A DNA stretch of 64,000 nucleotides from Moniliella sp. 'wahieum' (lineage: Eukaryota). Positions within the stretch are counted from its first letter, which is position 1. Every line of letters begins with the position of its first letter. The DNA is taken from positions 496,001-560,000 of the forward strand of contig RSEE01000016.1 of the NCBI GenBank assembly GCA_003971905.1, written 5' to 3'. The notes beneath the pieces were generated by a model that had not been told where the DNA came from, did no database searches, and saw nothing but the letters and a program-made list of their open reading frames with translations. Shown in pieces: positions 25,396 through 36,596 of this stretch. The position numbers were made by a program, and so were the translations under genes.

Positions 25396-26626
25396 ATGGC
25401 CTGCACCTCCAGCAACGCTTGCGCCTGCAAAACCCCTACGGCCCCCCTCCCGCCCCGACAGCCAAGCCAGCTCGTCTGCCACCTACGGCGCCGTGTCTTT
25501 GCCGGCGCGTGAGGGCAGTGGCGAGCGTCAGCCGCTGCTGTGGACCACCAATACCCCCACCAAGCCCGCTTCTGGCTGTTGTGGAGGCTCGCAAGGCAAG
25601 TGTGCCAGCGGCAAGTGCTCGGACGCTGTCAAGCGCAACACCCCCCACACTACCATCACCATCGACGAGCCCGGCTCCCAATGCGTTCGCAACAGCGCGA
25701 CCTTAAGTGGCCGCTGCTGTCGCGAGCTCAAGGGGGAGAAGAAAAGCGTGCTCTCATTGACCCCGATACAATTCGGGACATCATCATTGGTCTGTCCGAT
25801 GGTTTGACGGTGCGTCGCTCCATCTCTTGTGCCGTGTCTCGCCCTGCCGGGAGCAGACAGAGTGCATTCAGGCATATCTGTTCCGGCCCTTTGGCTGACT
25901 TGTTTCTTGTTTAGGTTCCCTTTGCTCTCACTGCCGGCCTCTCTCTGTTGGCTCGTCCAAACTCGTTGTGATTGCTGGAGTTGCCGAGCTCACATCCGGT
26001 GCGATCAGCATGGCCATTGGCGGCTACCTCTCTGCCCAAGCTGAAAAGGAGCACTACGACCACAGCGAGGTCAACACTGCTGGCCGTGTGGCTCAGAGCT
26101 GCGACGAGCAAATTCAATCCGAAGTGCTCGAAATTCTGGCACCTTATGGCATTGTGGGCCCGGTGGCGAGCCAAGTGGCGGCCCAGCTGCAACAAGCCGA
26201 AACGGCAAAACAAGAGCGTATGGCCTTGGCTCAATCCTCTTTGGCTAGAGACGAACGGGAGGAGCTGGCGGGGCGTGGTATCACACCCTTTCTGTTGCGT
26301 CTCGGGCAGGGGTTGGAACCCGTGTCGTCGGAGCGCTCCACACGCTCTGCGATCAACATTGGTGTAGCGTACCTGGTTGGCGGGTTGGTGCCACTCACGC
26401 CTTACTTTTCTTGGCCACCGCCTTGCAGGGATTGGTGGCCTCTACTGTCATCACCGGCCTTACACTGCTCTTGTTTGGTGTGGCCAAGCACCGCGTCACG
26501 GGGGGAGAAGGGTCGGTCAAGTCGTACGCCTGGTCCGCAGTGACAACTTTGGCTGTTGGCGGTGCCGCTGCAGCTTCGTCGTGGCTTATTGTCAAGATGC
26601 TAGAGGGTCCTGATGCAGGACTTTAA
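25396..26626 (+). CDS. CCC1: Vacuolar Fe/Mn transporter CCC1 (VIT1 family)
   Basis: RDIIIGLSDGLT, intron 25810-25914, VPFALTAGL, AGVAELTSGAISMAIGGYLS, GGLVPLTPYF, LFGVAK. Cys-rich N-terminus. Confidence 0.93.
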
Positions 26627-27021
26627 GATGCGCAACTCGGATCCTCCTCCACGGCTTATGTATGGGCAGCGGGTGGAGAGGATTGACTGCGCTTGGTTCG
26701 CTGCAGGCCCTTGGATCCGCCATCCGCCCTAGTATTATTGGCCCGTTGCAGTGCGCTTGTCCTGGCACTTTGTCTGGTATACCTTCCCCTCCACACTACT
26801 TGTTCCCCTCAACGTTCAACTGTCGTTTCGCCCTGTTCTTCATTCGCATGAATCACTCAGCTGTTAGTGGATGTGTAAGCGTGACGGATGTTGTCATAGA
26901 ATACTTGTGATATGTGAGCCCGGGCAGGGCAAGCACGAAGAGGTTGATATGTCGAGATGCCTAATGGGTTAGCTTCCCGGCCAAGAGAAGGCAAATTTTG
27001 CTCTTCTTTAAGTACCAATCA

Positions 27022-27108
27022 GCCTCGCTATTTCAATCGGTAGAATTTGAGACTCTTACTTGAAAGAGGTCCATCTCACGGTTGTGGGTTCGAGTCCCAC
27101 GTGGGGCG
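27022..27108 (+). tRNA. tRNA-Lys(CTT), 14-nt intron
   Basis: GCCTCGC...TGAGA CT CTT A [CTTGAAAGAGGTCC] A TCTCA CGGTT GTGGG TTCGAGT CCCAC GTGGGGC G. Exons identical to the copy at 47705. Confidence 0.9.
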
Positions 27109-27540
27109 AACTTTTGCAGCCAGGATCTACCCGTACCCACTGATAAGGACCCTTCCATGCCCATCTGTCTGAGGCCGGACGCGCGAGCCTCCTATGTATG
27201 GTGGACTCGCCGTCGTCTTGAACCTGTGGACAAGGCAATGTCATGGCGATGTTGGATGGTTTTGGGGAGTGTAAACATGACTCCGACATTCATGCCACAC
27301 CTGGAAGAGACAACAGGGGCCTGAACGTCTTGAACAATAAGAAGGGAGAGATATACCCGCGTATCGACTTCGGAGGTCAACAATAAGATACAAAGAGAGG
27401 GAGTATGTTGACAAAACTAAGCGCGCCGTTTTGACGTACGTATAGTACTTGCGGCACGGGCGGGTGTGAAAAAAAAATTTCGCTTAGATGACCACATCAC
27501 CCAAAAATGAGTAAATTTTTCCGAATATTACCTTCGGCAC

Positions 27541-28200
27541 TTTGGCCACATGAGGTCAAGCGCTTTGGCCCAAGAGGTCAAGCGCTTTGGCCCAAGAGGT
27601 CAAGCGCTTTGGCCACATGCGTTCAAGCGCTTTGGCCACATGAGATCAAGCGCTTTGGCCACATGCGTTCAAGCGCTTTGGCCACATGCGTTCAAGCGCT
27701 TTGGCCACATGAGATCAAGCGCTTTGGCCACATGCGTTCAAGCGCTTTGGCCACATGCGTTCAAGCGCTTTGGCCACATGCGTTCAAGCGCTTTGGCCAC
27801 ATGAGGTCAAGCGCTTTGGCCACATGCGTTCAAGCGCTTTGGCCACATGAGATCAAGCGCTTTGGCCACATGCGTTCAAGCGCTTTGGCCACATGAGATC
27901 AAGCGCTTTGGCCACAGGTCAAGCGCTTTGGCCACATGCGTTCAAGCGCTTTGGCCACATGCGTTCAAGCGCTTTGGCCACATGAGATCAAGCGCTTTGG
28001 CCACATGCGTTCAAGCGCTTTGGCCACATGCGTTCAAGCGCTTTGGCCACATGCGTTCAAGCGCTTTGGCCACATGCGCTCAAGCGCTTTGGCCACATGC
28101 GCTCAATGGCTTTGGCCACATGCGCTCAATGGCTTTGGCCACATGCGCTCAATGGCTTTGGCCACATGCGCTCAAGCGCTTTGGCCACATGCGCTCAAAC
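27541..28200. repeat. 23-bp tandem minisatellite (~29 units), subterminal repeat of the CMC element
   Basis: Unit TCAAGCGCTTTGGCCACATGCGT, with variants ...CATGAGA/GAGG/GCGC and TCAATGGC. ORFs over it show the expected 23-aa periodicity. Confidence 0.97.
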
Positions 28201-28460
28201 GCTTAGCTGTTGATTGGATGCGTGCTTGTAGGCTTTCTAACCGGCTGGTTGGATGGGGCTGGCATCGATCCAGAACTACTAGATTTATAGGCAGGGTAGG
28301 TATTTCTTAGGTATAGAATGCATTCGAAGATCGCTGGGAAGCGATGACACGGCAACCACGGTTAGGTGTGACGTCAGACGGAAGCACCACAACATAGTAG
28401 AGCAGTGAGCGGTACAGAAAGTGGCAGGTTAGTATGAGGGGAGCGCGCACTAGGGAGACG

Positions 28461-29152
28461 CTGGCCAAGTCAGCAGCAGCATGGGGTTAGCGAGAGACAC
28501 AGAAAATGTGCGACGGACTCACAGGTCAGGCGATCAAGAGGGCCAGTAGCGAGGTCAAGCGGGATGAAGGCGGAATGTACACTGGTAGGGCGAACAAGGT
28601 TAGGAACAGCGTTGGCATATAACAGAAGGGACGTACGACGGCGAAAAAGGTCAGATGAGTCGAGGCGAACAAGACGAGACGAACCAACCGTGGGATTCCG
28701 TGCATGGCAGAGCAGCTGGGTAGATAGTGTCAGTGGCAGGACAACTCCAAGCGCGAAGTACGGGGGACATACGATGGCAAGGCAGGCCAGCCAAGCGAGA
28801 GGACCTCAGGCGAGGCAAAATGGAACCAGACGGACAAGGCCGAAGGTGAGCGAAACGGTGCATGCACATCACGCATGCTACCCACAAGGTCAGCAGAAGT
28901 GTGGGGAATGCGAAGGAAGCGGGCACGTACGATGGCGCTGCGGATCAGGTGAAACGAGGGCAAGATGGCCACCGAGGGGGTGTCTGTGTAGGCGGGGTCA
29001 GCAACAGAGCGCTGGTGGGCAAGAGAACACATACGACAAAAGCAATGCAGACAGTGAGAGGGGGCCGGGGCGAGAGGCAGAGGGGGCGTTCACCAGCGAT
29101 ACTGACGAGGCGAGGAGGACGGAGTGTGGCGGGAGAGGGAATGGAGACGTAC
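28461..29152 (-). other. Intron-dense segment (six predicted 51-62-nt introns), no clear ORF
   Basis: Minus-strand GT(A/G)YGT/GTGAGT...YAG introns at 29102-29152, 28984-29034, 28878-28930, 28716-28772, 28582-28636 and 28461-28522. Five have a CTRAC branch point. Confidence 0.6.
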
Positions 29153-29612
29153 GGCAGCAATGCAGACCAGGCGCGGAGAACCGAGCGATGGGGACGGGAC
29201 TAGCAAGGCGGGCAGTAAGCAGTGCAGGCAACAACGATGGTGATGTTAGTGGCCAGGGGAAGAAGATGGTGCTGTTGCGCCGTGGCACAGCAGAGCACTC
29301 TGAGATGTGTTGGCTGCAGAGATGGGATACTGGTTGCTGCGGGCGCAATGAGAGGGGCGGTGGTGAGGAGACAGGATGCAACCACAGAGGAGCAGGAGGT
29401 TAAAAGGAGGCGCGTGTGGCGCAGCCACATTCTGTGCGCACAGACCAATCTGGACCACGCCAGGGGCCTAGGTAAGCTATTATATCTGTCTATTAACGCC
29501 ACAACACTAGCGGCCCCCTGCAGCAGTGTTCAAGGGTCTAATCATCAATCAAGCTTCAAGAGCGCTCTCTTGAGTTTGCCGATTTGCGACTTGCTGTAGT
29601 ACTAGTTGTCTC

Positions 29613-29875
29613 TGTTGCGACGGTGACTGGTTACTGGCTTCGCCGAACGCGACGCACTTGCAGCTTCTCTAGCCCCGAGGCTCCGCGGGCTCCGAAGACT
29701 GCTGATGCGCGCGTACCCGCGTAAGCCAACGACGAATAGCCTTGTCCAGTATAGCCCTCTCGTCCTGCTTCCTACCACCAACGCCTATCTCTCGCCCGCA
29801 ATCGATCGTTTACGCTACTGTCCCAAACGCTTCAGCATTCATTGCGGTCTCCATAGCCGGGTGAATCGCTATACA
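29613..29875 (+). mobile_element. LTR, family A, nested inside the CMC element
   Basis: TGTTGCGACGGTGA...TCGCTATACA. Shares GAGGCTCCGCGGGCTCCGAAGAC and GGTCTCCATAGCCGGGTG with 2332-2568. No TSD seen. Confidence 0.8.
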
Positions 29876-30037
29876 GGTCACGATTATCCTCACTTGATCC
29901 ATACTAGTGGCCTACGGTGTTACATCAAGCTTCAAGTGAATGGGCACCACATGACTTCTTATGTTCACGCACGATGCACCAAAGTCCTTGCGCAGGCCGA
30001 ATGAATGGTCAGTGCTATATCACTGGGAGGAGCTCCT

Positions 30038-31444
30038 CTAAGTCTTCGGAACTGCGTTCAGGTCCGGGAGCAGCATCGAGCAATGCGGATACACGTCCGC
30101 CGGGCCGCCTGCAACGTTTAGCTGACTCTGCAGCGTGTTCACATATGTGGTGGCATCTGGTGGTGTGTTCGAAGACAAGTTGTTAAACTCTTTTTCCACC
30201 CTCGTCCACTGGGCCTGGGCTGTTCGCTCAGTAGTGTCGCTGCCGTTCTGCGTGAAAACCTGAAGGCGCGCCATGGCAATATGGACAAGGGCAAATTTTT
30301 TCACAGCGCACGCTGGAAACCGCTTGAGATGAGCCGGGAGCGTGTTGCGCATGTTGCCCAACTTCCCCCAGGTCTCACGAATGTAGCCGTCCAGGTTGAA
30401 CACCGTCCTGTCGGCCTGCGTTGGATGAGGGCCTTGATGGCGGTACTGGAAATGGGTTAGGAGGGGTTAGCTGCAATCCTGGACACATAATGAGAGATTA
30501 TGCGCACTCGATGCAGTAAATCATGCCGCAGAGTATTCCAATGAGGAGTCAGGACCTTCTTGAGCTCATGGAGAAAGTCGTCCATACGTCCTCTCCAAGC
30601 GAGGTCAAGAGGTATGCACAGGAGTTGCCGCTCGCGCGGTTGCCGTAGCAAGTGGGACACGCGCGACCACAGGTGGGCATTGCTAGTAATGGACGCATTC
30701 GGGGCGCACCACACGATGATCGCAAGGGCAGCAACCCACGTCTGCAGGCATTGAAGTTAGTCCTATAATAACCAATGAAGAATATGAGGCGAGCATACCT
30801 TGTTTGCATCCAAGAACGACCGGTAACCCTGGGGGCTCGCATTGGCAGACGCCATCAAGTTCTGATAATGAGTCTCCATTCTAGTCTCGATGCGTTCCAT
30901 ACGATCGTTCATGTGGTTGACAGCCCCTACGAGCATACGCAACGTCGTCACAATCTGGTCGGTATTAGACCCTTCCTGTAAATCTCCCTCGTTGAAGAGG
31001 GAAGGGACGGCTGGAAATGATCCTTCCCGTTGGGCCCTGGGCATCGTATCATCGCCGTTGTCGAGCAAAGTGTCGATAGTTGGAAACATCTCGCCGAAAG
31101 TGCTCATCGCGCTGTTCCCATCGTTTTCGGTATCAGGAGCCGGAGTTTCCCCCTCCGTTACGGCCTCCTGGGTCATATCATCATCCACGTCGATGTTTCC
31201 TGTGGTGGTCATGTCCAAGGCATTGTTTGCATCGCCATGGTACTGGGCTTGGGTTAGAATAACATTATTCTCAGAGGGAGCTGTCCCTTGCTGCGACAGT
31301 GTTGTCGGCCGCGCCTGGCGTGTCGCCCTCGCAGCAAAGCGCTGATCCAGGACGGACAGAAGGTGTGCCCGCCCCTGCCAACGAGGTGCGGCGCCGGAGA
31401 GGAATCCGACTGGGGGTTCCTCTTCTGACAATTGGAGGGGCCAT
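30038..31444 (-). CDS. Transposon companion (non-transposase) protein
   Basis: ATG 31444, acidic low-complexity N-terminus, coiled coil (NHMNDRMERIETRME), introns 30742-30798 and 30446-30507, helical C-terminus (ARLQVF...QWTRVEKEFNNL). Divergent from the transposase and inside the TIRs. Confidence 0.7.
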
Positions 31445-32374
31445 TGTCGGTACAGTTGGTAAGCTGTATAAGCACAACGGTGTTGGTTGGGAAGGAAGTT
31501 GTAATGCGCTTATACACAAGGAGGACCACCGGGCCTACGGCCCGGTCAGCTGGGGCTTCGCTCCAGCTTGATGCTGCGTCGCCACCTTAGCACCTTTTCC
31601 ACTTCGCCACCGTAGCCACCGTTCCACGGTCGCCAACACCGACATAGAGAAATAATATAACCGATGCTTGCTGGCTGCAGGGGGCGTGGAAGGTGGCACG
31701 GGGCAGCTGATGTTAAAAGTGCACAGGGCGAATCGAGGGATAATATAGGACCGGATGGTGAGAACCGGAGGGTCCTGATATCCTGGCGATCCCTCTGGTT
31801 CCTTAACCTTGGTGGCGCATCCAACAAGCAACCCCCGCAAGATGAACGGTTATTAGGTTTAGACGCAGGGTTCCCCCTGTCCCAGCCTTACGCTCTGTCA
31901 ATGAAATAGACGCGATCTAGGGATATTGTGAGAAGAGCCGCATCAGTATGGTCTGTGTGTTTCGACCAGGGTCTATCGCGCCCCGTGCAGTTCAAGGAGC
32001 TCCGATGTTGTAACCATTAATTCAATTTAACTTTTGCGTTTTCTTTTCCCAAGATGCATGATCTCCGCATCCCTAAGGTATAGCCTCTGTTGCTCTTTTT
32101 GATGCATCCTTGTATTAGGCGTGTCGTTGGCTGGTGGCGTATTCGACCACCACACGACCAACACTATAGTGCTATCGCATCACCCATTAGGGTGGCCATC
32201 TGGACTGCCACTCTCATCAGATAGGGGATCACGAATGTAATACGCCTTGGAAGAGCATCAAAAAGAAGCGGGAGAGCGTGCGTCTCTGGTCTGTATGGGA
32301 CAGGGGGGGCAAGGTTTAAGGTTGGAGGGCCGCGATTGTCTGTCGGGCCGGTGGCAAGAAAAGCACCCACACCC

Positions 32375-35300
32375 ATGCATCATGTACAACCCATCGCCCA
32401 TCCTTACCAAGTCGCCACCGCCATGCTTCGACCTCGGCTCAGTGGTGCCGCCCGATGGAACAAGCTCGCACACGTGCACAATGGGACAGAAGCATCTGCT
32501 GTACCTGTTTCCTCGGCCTGGTCCACGGTGCAGCAGAACGGGAGGTTGCTGTTCCAGTGCCGTGCTTGCCCAGTTCGACCGATGACCCAGTTTGATGCAC
32601 TCAAGCACGCGAAGGTGCGCAAGCACATCCATAACGTGGTGCTGGGTGCGAGGATGGGGGCTAGTCACGCCCACGCCATTGACGAGGTGGCCGAAGATGC
32701 GAGCATGCCCCCCCAGCCACCTAACGCACGCTCGCCTTCCCCTGCTTCCCGTGCCTCTTCACCTGTAGACACTACCATGGCCGAGGACGAGTTAGGCCAG
32801 ACGCAGCCCAGTGTTTCCTTTGAACCGCCTTCAAGAGCCCACGGGCGTGTCCTTTGCCGCCCGTGGGCGCGTGACAACCCGCTCGGCGCCTCGAATGAGC
32901 GTGTCGAGCAAATCCGCAACCAAGAGACTCTCGAGCACTTGCTTTTGGGCCAAGGTGATGATGTGATCGGCGACGAAGATGACTCGAACTGGACTGATGC
33001 CGAGGATGACCTCGACTGGGACAGGGAGATGATGGGCGCAGGGTCGAACGCCACGGCGCACGCAGCCGGATGCATTGCGTCTTCCGCCACACAGAGACGG
33101 CAGCATCACGGCTGGCGGCCCAAGCCTCATGCTGCTGAAGCAAGGATCAAGCTTCTGGAACGACTGGTGGCCAATCCCCCAGCGTCATGGCCTGCCGCAG
33201 GCGTCTTTGAGTCACCAATGGTACGTCACATGTCACATTCTTGCTCTCTTGCTCGTTTGAGTGTGACTGGTGAGATTAACCTGCCAGCCGCAGATCTGGG
33301 CAGTTATGAACGTGTTCTATGGCTCGGTATTCTCCTTCTCAAGGCGCCAGGCCCGGGCAGCATTGCTCTTGATGCGGCTCGCCCGCTGCTTGCAGTGCGC
33401 CATACCTACATGGCACAAGGTGTCGCAAGTGCGGAGGAAACTCAACGGGCCGTTCACATCTGTTCCGAAGTATGTTGACTCTTCTCTGAGCGAGACGTAC
33501 TTCAGTCCATTGGATGAGATCGCACGTCTGGCGTATGGCAACACCCGCTTGCGGAGCGTGATCGAGGACTTGCCAGTGAAGCGAGCTGTGGTGCGCAACG
33601 TATCAGATGGCCAACGTTTCTATAAGGTCATGTCACGACAGCCGACTGCTGTCAACAGCTGCGGGAGAGTATTTTGGTTGGACGAACCCGCGGCTGTGAA
33701 GAGGCAGAGACCTGACACACAACCTCCCCATCCCCAGCGGATCGTTCTTGTCCAAGGATGGCACATTGAAGCTGACTCAAACGCTCCTCGGCGTGTAATG
33801 GCCCGTGTGAGAGACATGGTTCTGGATGATGGTGCTGGAGGCGCCGCTGGCATGATACGGCAAACATATCGTGTGTCCCCTACAGCTGAACAATCGGTTG
33901 TTCCACTCGACGATCTCACGCCCTTCAAGGAACAGGCCTACCGTCGCCTGTCATTTCGCGACCAGTCTGGTGACGTTGTGGCGCAGAACTCGCTCCGCGC
34001 CATGTCTAAGGAGCATGGTGCCGACCGCGTTATCTTTGCACCCATGATGGCTTGGTGCGACGACGCGCGCGTTTTCAGCCACAGCCGGCAGCGTGCGGGT
34101 GCAACAGTCATCTACCTGTCCTGGGCCGGTCTTCCTCAAAGCCACCTGTTCGCGGATGAGGGTACGAGTTTGTTCATGGTCAAGCTGGGAACTGATGAAG
34201 TGCGCGCGTTTGAGGCCCTTGTGCGCCAGGTCCAGTATGTCTTTGTTACTAAGCTATCTTATATATATGTCACCGCTGACTGGCATTTCTGCTCAGGATA
34301 TGGGGAAAGACAGGCATCAAGGGGGCCGACGGAATATCAGGCCGCCCGATTGTCCTCATCCCCCTTGTTCATGCTGTGGTAGCGGACAACCCAGCGGGAA
34401 ACCACCTTGCTGCCCGTGCCCTCAGTCCTAGCCCCCTGTGCTGCCGTATTTGCGGGGCCAATTTCCAGAACCGCGGCCATGCTGACCAAATTCTGCATGT
34501 GCTCACAGGAGGTGTGAAGCGAAGCAATAAGCAGATCCAAGCGAACCTCGAGAGGCAGGTGGATCACGCTATCCTGGGCAATAACGCTGCATACGACCGG
34601 GAACGCGCCGCGACGGGCGACAGGGACCCCAACGTCCACCGACTCTGCTGCTCCTGTGTCGCCGACATGGACATGTTCGAGAATAAGGGTGAGAAGCAGC
34701 CCATTCACACTCGCCCGTCCCGGAAGGGATTTGCTTTGCCTAAGACAAGGGCTAGGGTCATTGAGCTGAACCAATCCGAGGCGGACGATCTGCGACGGAA
34801 GAGTTTCTTGATGTGCCCGGCGCTGTCCCTGCCGCAGTTTGATGTGGCGGACTGCTTTCCCCTCGACTTTCTTCACACCTTCCTCCTCGGAATAGGGAAG
34901 GACCTGCTAAAGTTGGTGGCGACAAGGGTGAAGCCTAAGGCGAAGGAGCAATTGGCGATATTCATCAGCGGTCTCAACACGGAGGGTATCCCTGGCGCAG
35001 AGGGCACCAAGATCCGAGCTAAGGGTTTGATGGCTAACCTAAAGACTGGGGTTGGGAAAGATGTGCGCACTATGCTTGTGGCTCTCCCATTCGCGGCACT
35101 CCCTATCCTTGAGACCGGAAAAGAGGCCAACAATGAGAAGGAGTTCACGTTTCCGATTCCGCTTTATGATGCTATCGTCGCGGCAGCCGACCTGCATGGT
35201 TTGCTTTCCAGGACATGGTACCCGGCAGCCGGGCAGGCCAGGGCCCAGTTCATGGTACGTCCCACAGCCTTGATTGATATACGGGTTTAGACGCTGACAT

Positions 35301-36596
35301 GCCTGTTATGGCTGGAACAGTACCGGGTGACCCAGACTGCATACCGACTGATCGAACGCCTTTCGAGACTCGGCCCCGACAGCGCCATGATCGCGACGCG
35401 ACCGAAGCTCCATCTCCTCCTGGCGCATACGTCTGATGCGCTCGAATTGTTCGGCCCTCTCCAGAACACGGACGCTGCCAGATTCGAGGGTCGCGTGAAG
35501 CACATCCGTGCGTCCGTTGCCCATTGCAACTTCCAGAACCTCCCGCGTGACACCTTGTACAACGTCATGGTCGCCGAGAAGATTCTGCACCACTCTTCAC
35601 CGGGGTATGATGTGTCTAGTGACGGCTCGGTGGTGGCTCGGCCTGGAGCTCCTCCCGGGGTGCTGGAGCAAGGGAAGGAAGAGCCCGACTACGACTCTGA
35701 TGGCATGGCGATTCCACGAGTGGTGCTGGCCCCAGCCAAGAACCAATCCTCGGTGGGTTGCAACAACCTCACCGACGAGGAGCTGGGTCGTTTCCAGTTG
35801 GCGGACCGTGTCAAGGTGCGGGCGCAGTACCTGGTGGGCAAGGCGGCTGTTATCGCTACAGGGGAGATGATCCGTGTGGGGATGAACGTGACGATCGGCC
35901 AGAAGTCGGCCGAGTACAGCGCGTCCGCCGACTTTGTTTGGCAAGATCCTCCGGATTGGGCGCGACCCGTTGGATGAGAAGGCTGCCTGGGTCGGGTACA
36001 GGCCGTACATCATCACGGGTAGCACGCATCGCTCAGGCTGCGCATTGTCCGCGAACTCGATGATGTGTGATGCTCCAGAAGAGTTTGCCCTATTGATGGT
36101 GAGCACCGATGAGTGCTGAATCCGGCTGCGTGACAATTGCTCATCAAGTACTGACACTGGGACATTGTGACCACAGGATGTTGGCAGCGAGGCGCCTCTC
36201 CAGCACGCCTGCACCAAGAAGTGCATGATAGAGCAAGACGGCGAGAAAATACTGGTGCACAACTACGAGAAGGACCCAGTCTCGGGGGAGAATGAGGCGA
36301 TGGAGTACTTCATCCCGGCGGCTTCTCATTTTAAAGCCAAGAATGGGAAGCGGCTGGTATTGAACGAATACGCTATGCGAAGTCCACCACACCACAAGCC
36401 GCACATGGACTTGAGGATCAGCTGGAAGTCCCCCGAACTGAGCGCCAACGCGCTGAGCAAAGACGTGGCCCAGAGGATTGCAACGAACGGTGCCATGCAC
36501 CTGTGGGACAAGCGCGCCAAGAAGAAGACACCTGCCGTGGCCGCTGTCGGAGGAGGGGGCAACAGCGGCGACTCTTCGGACAGTGATAATGATTGA
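32375..36596 (+). CDS. CMC/CACTA-like DDE transposase
   Basis: N-terminal CRAC...HAKVRKH zinc finger. In-frame splicing via introns 33221-33293, 34235-34296 and 35255-35320. Motifs WCDD...IYLSWAGLP, VADNP...CCRIC, PLDFLHTFLLG, GKD, PKLHLLLAH...FGP...RFE, and C-terminal QHAC...H...LN. Frameshifts after ~35950. Confidence 0.85.

Noticed and set aside
27541..28200. CRISPR array or repeat-protein ORFs
   Set aside because: Units are head-to-tail with no unique spacers, there are no cas genes and the context is eukaryotic. The ORFs are by-products of a mostly stop-free 23-bp unit.
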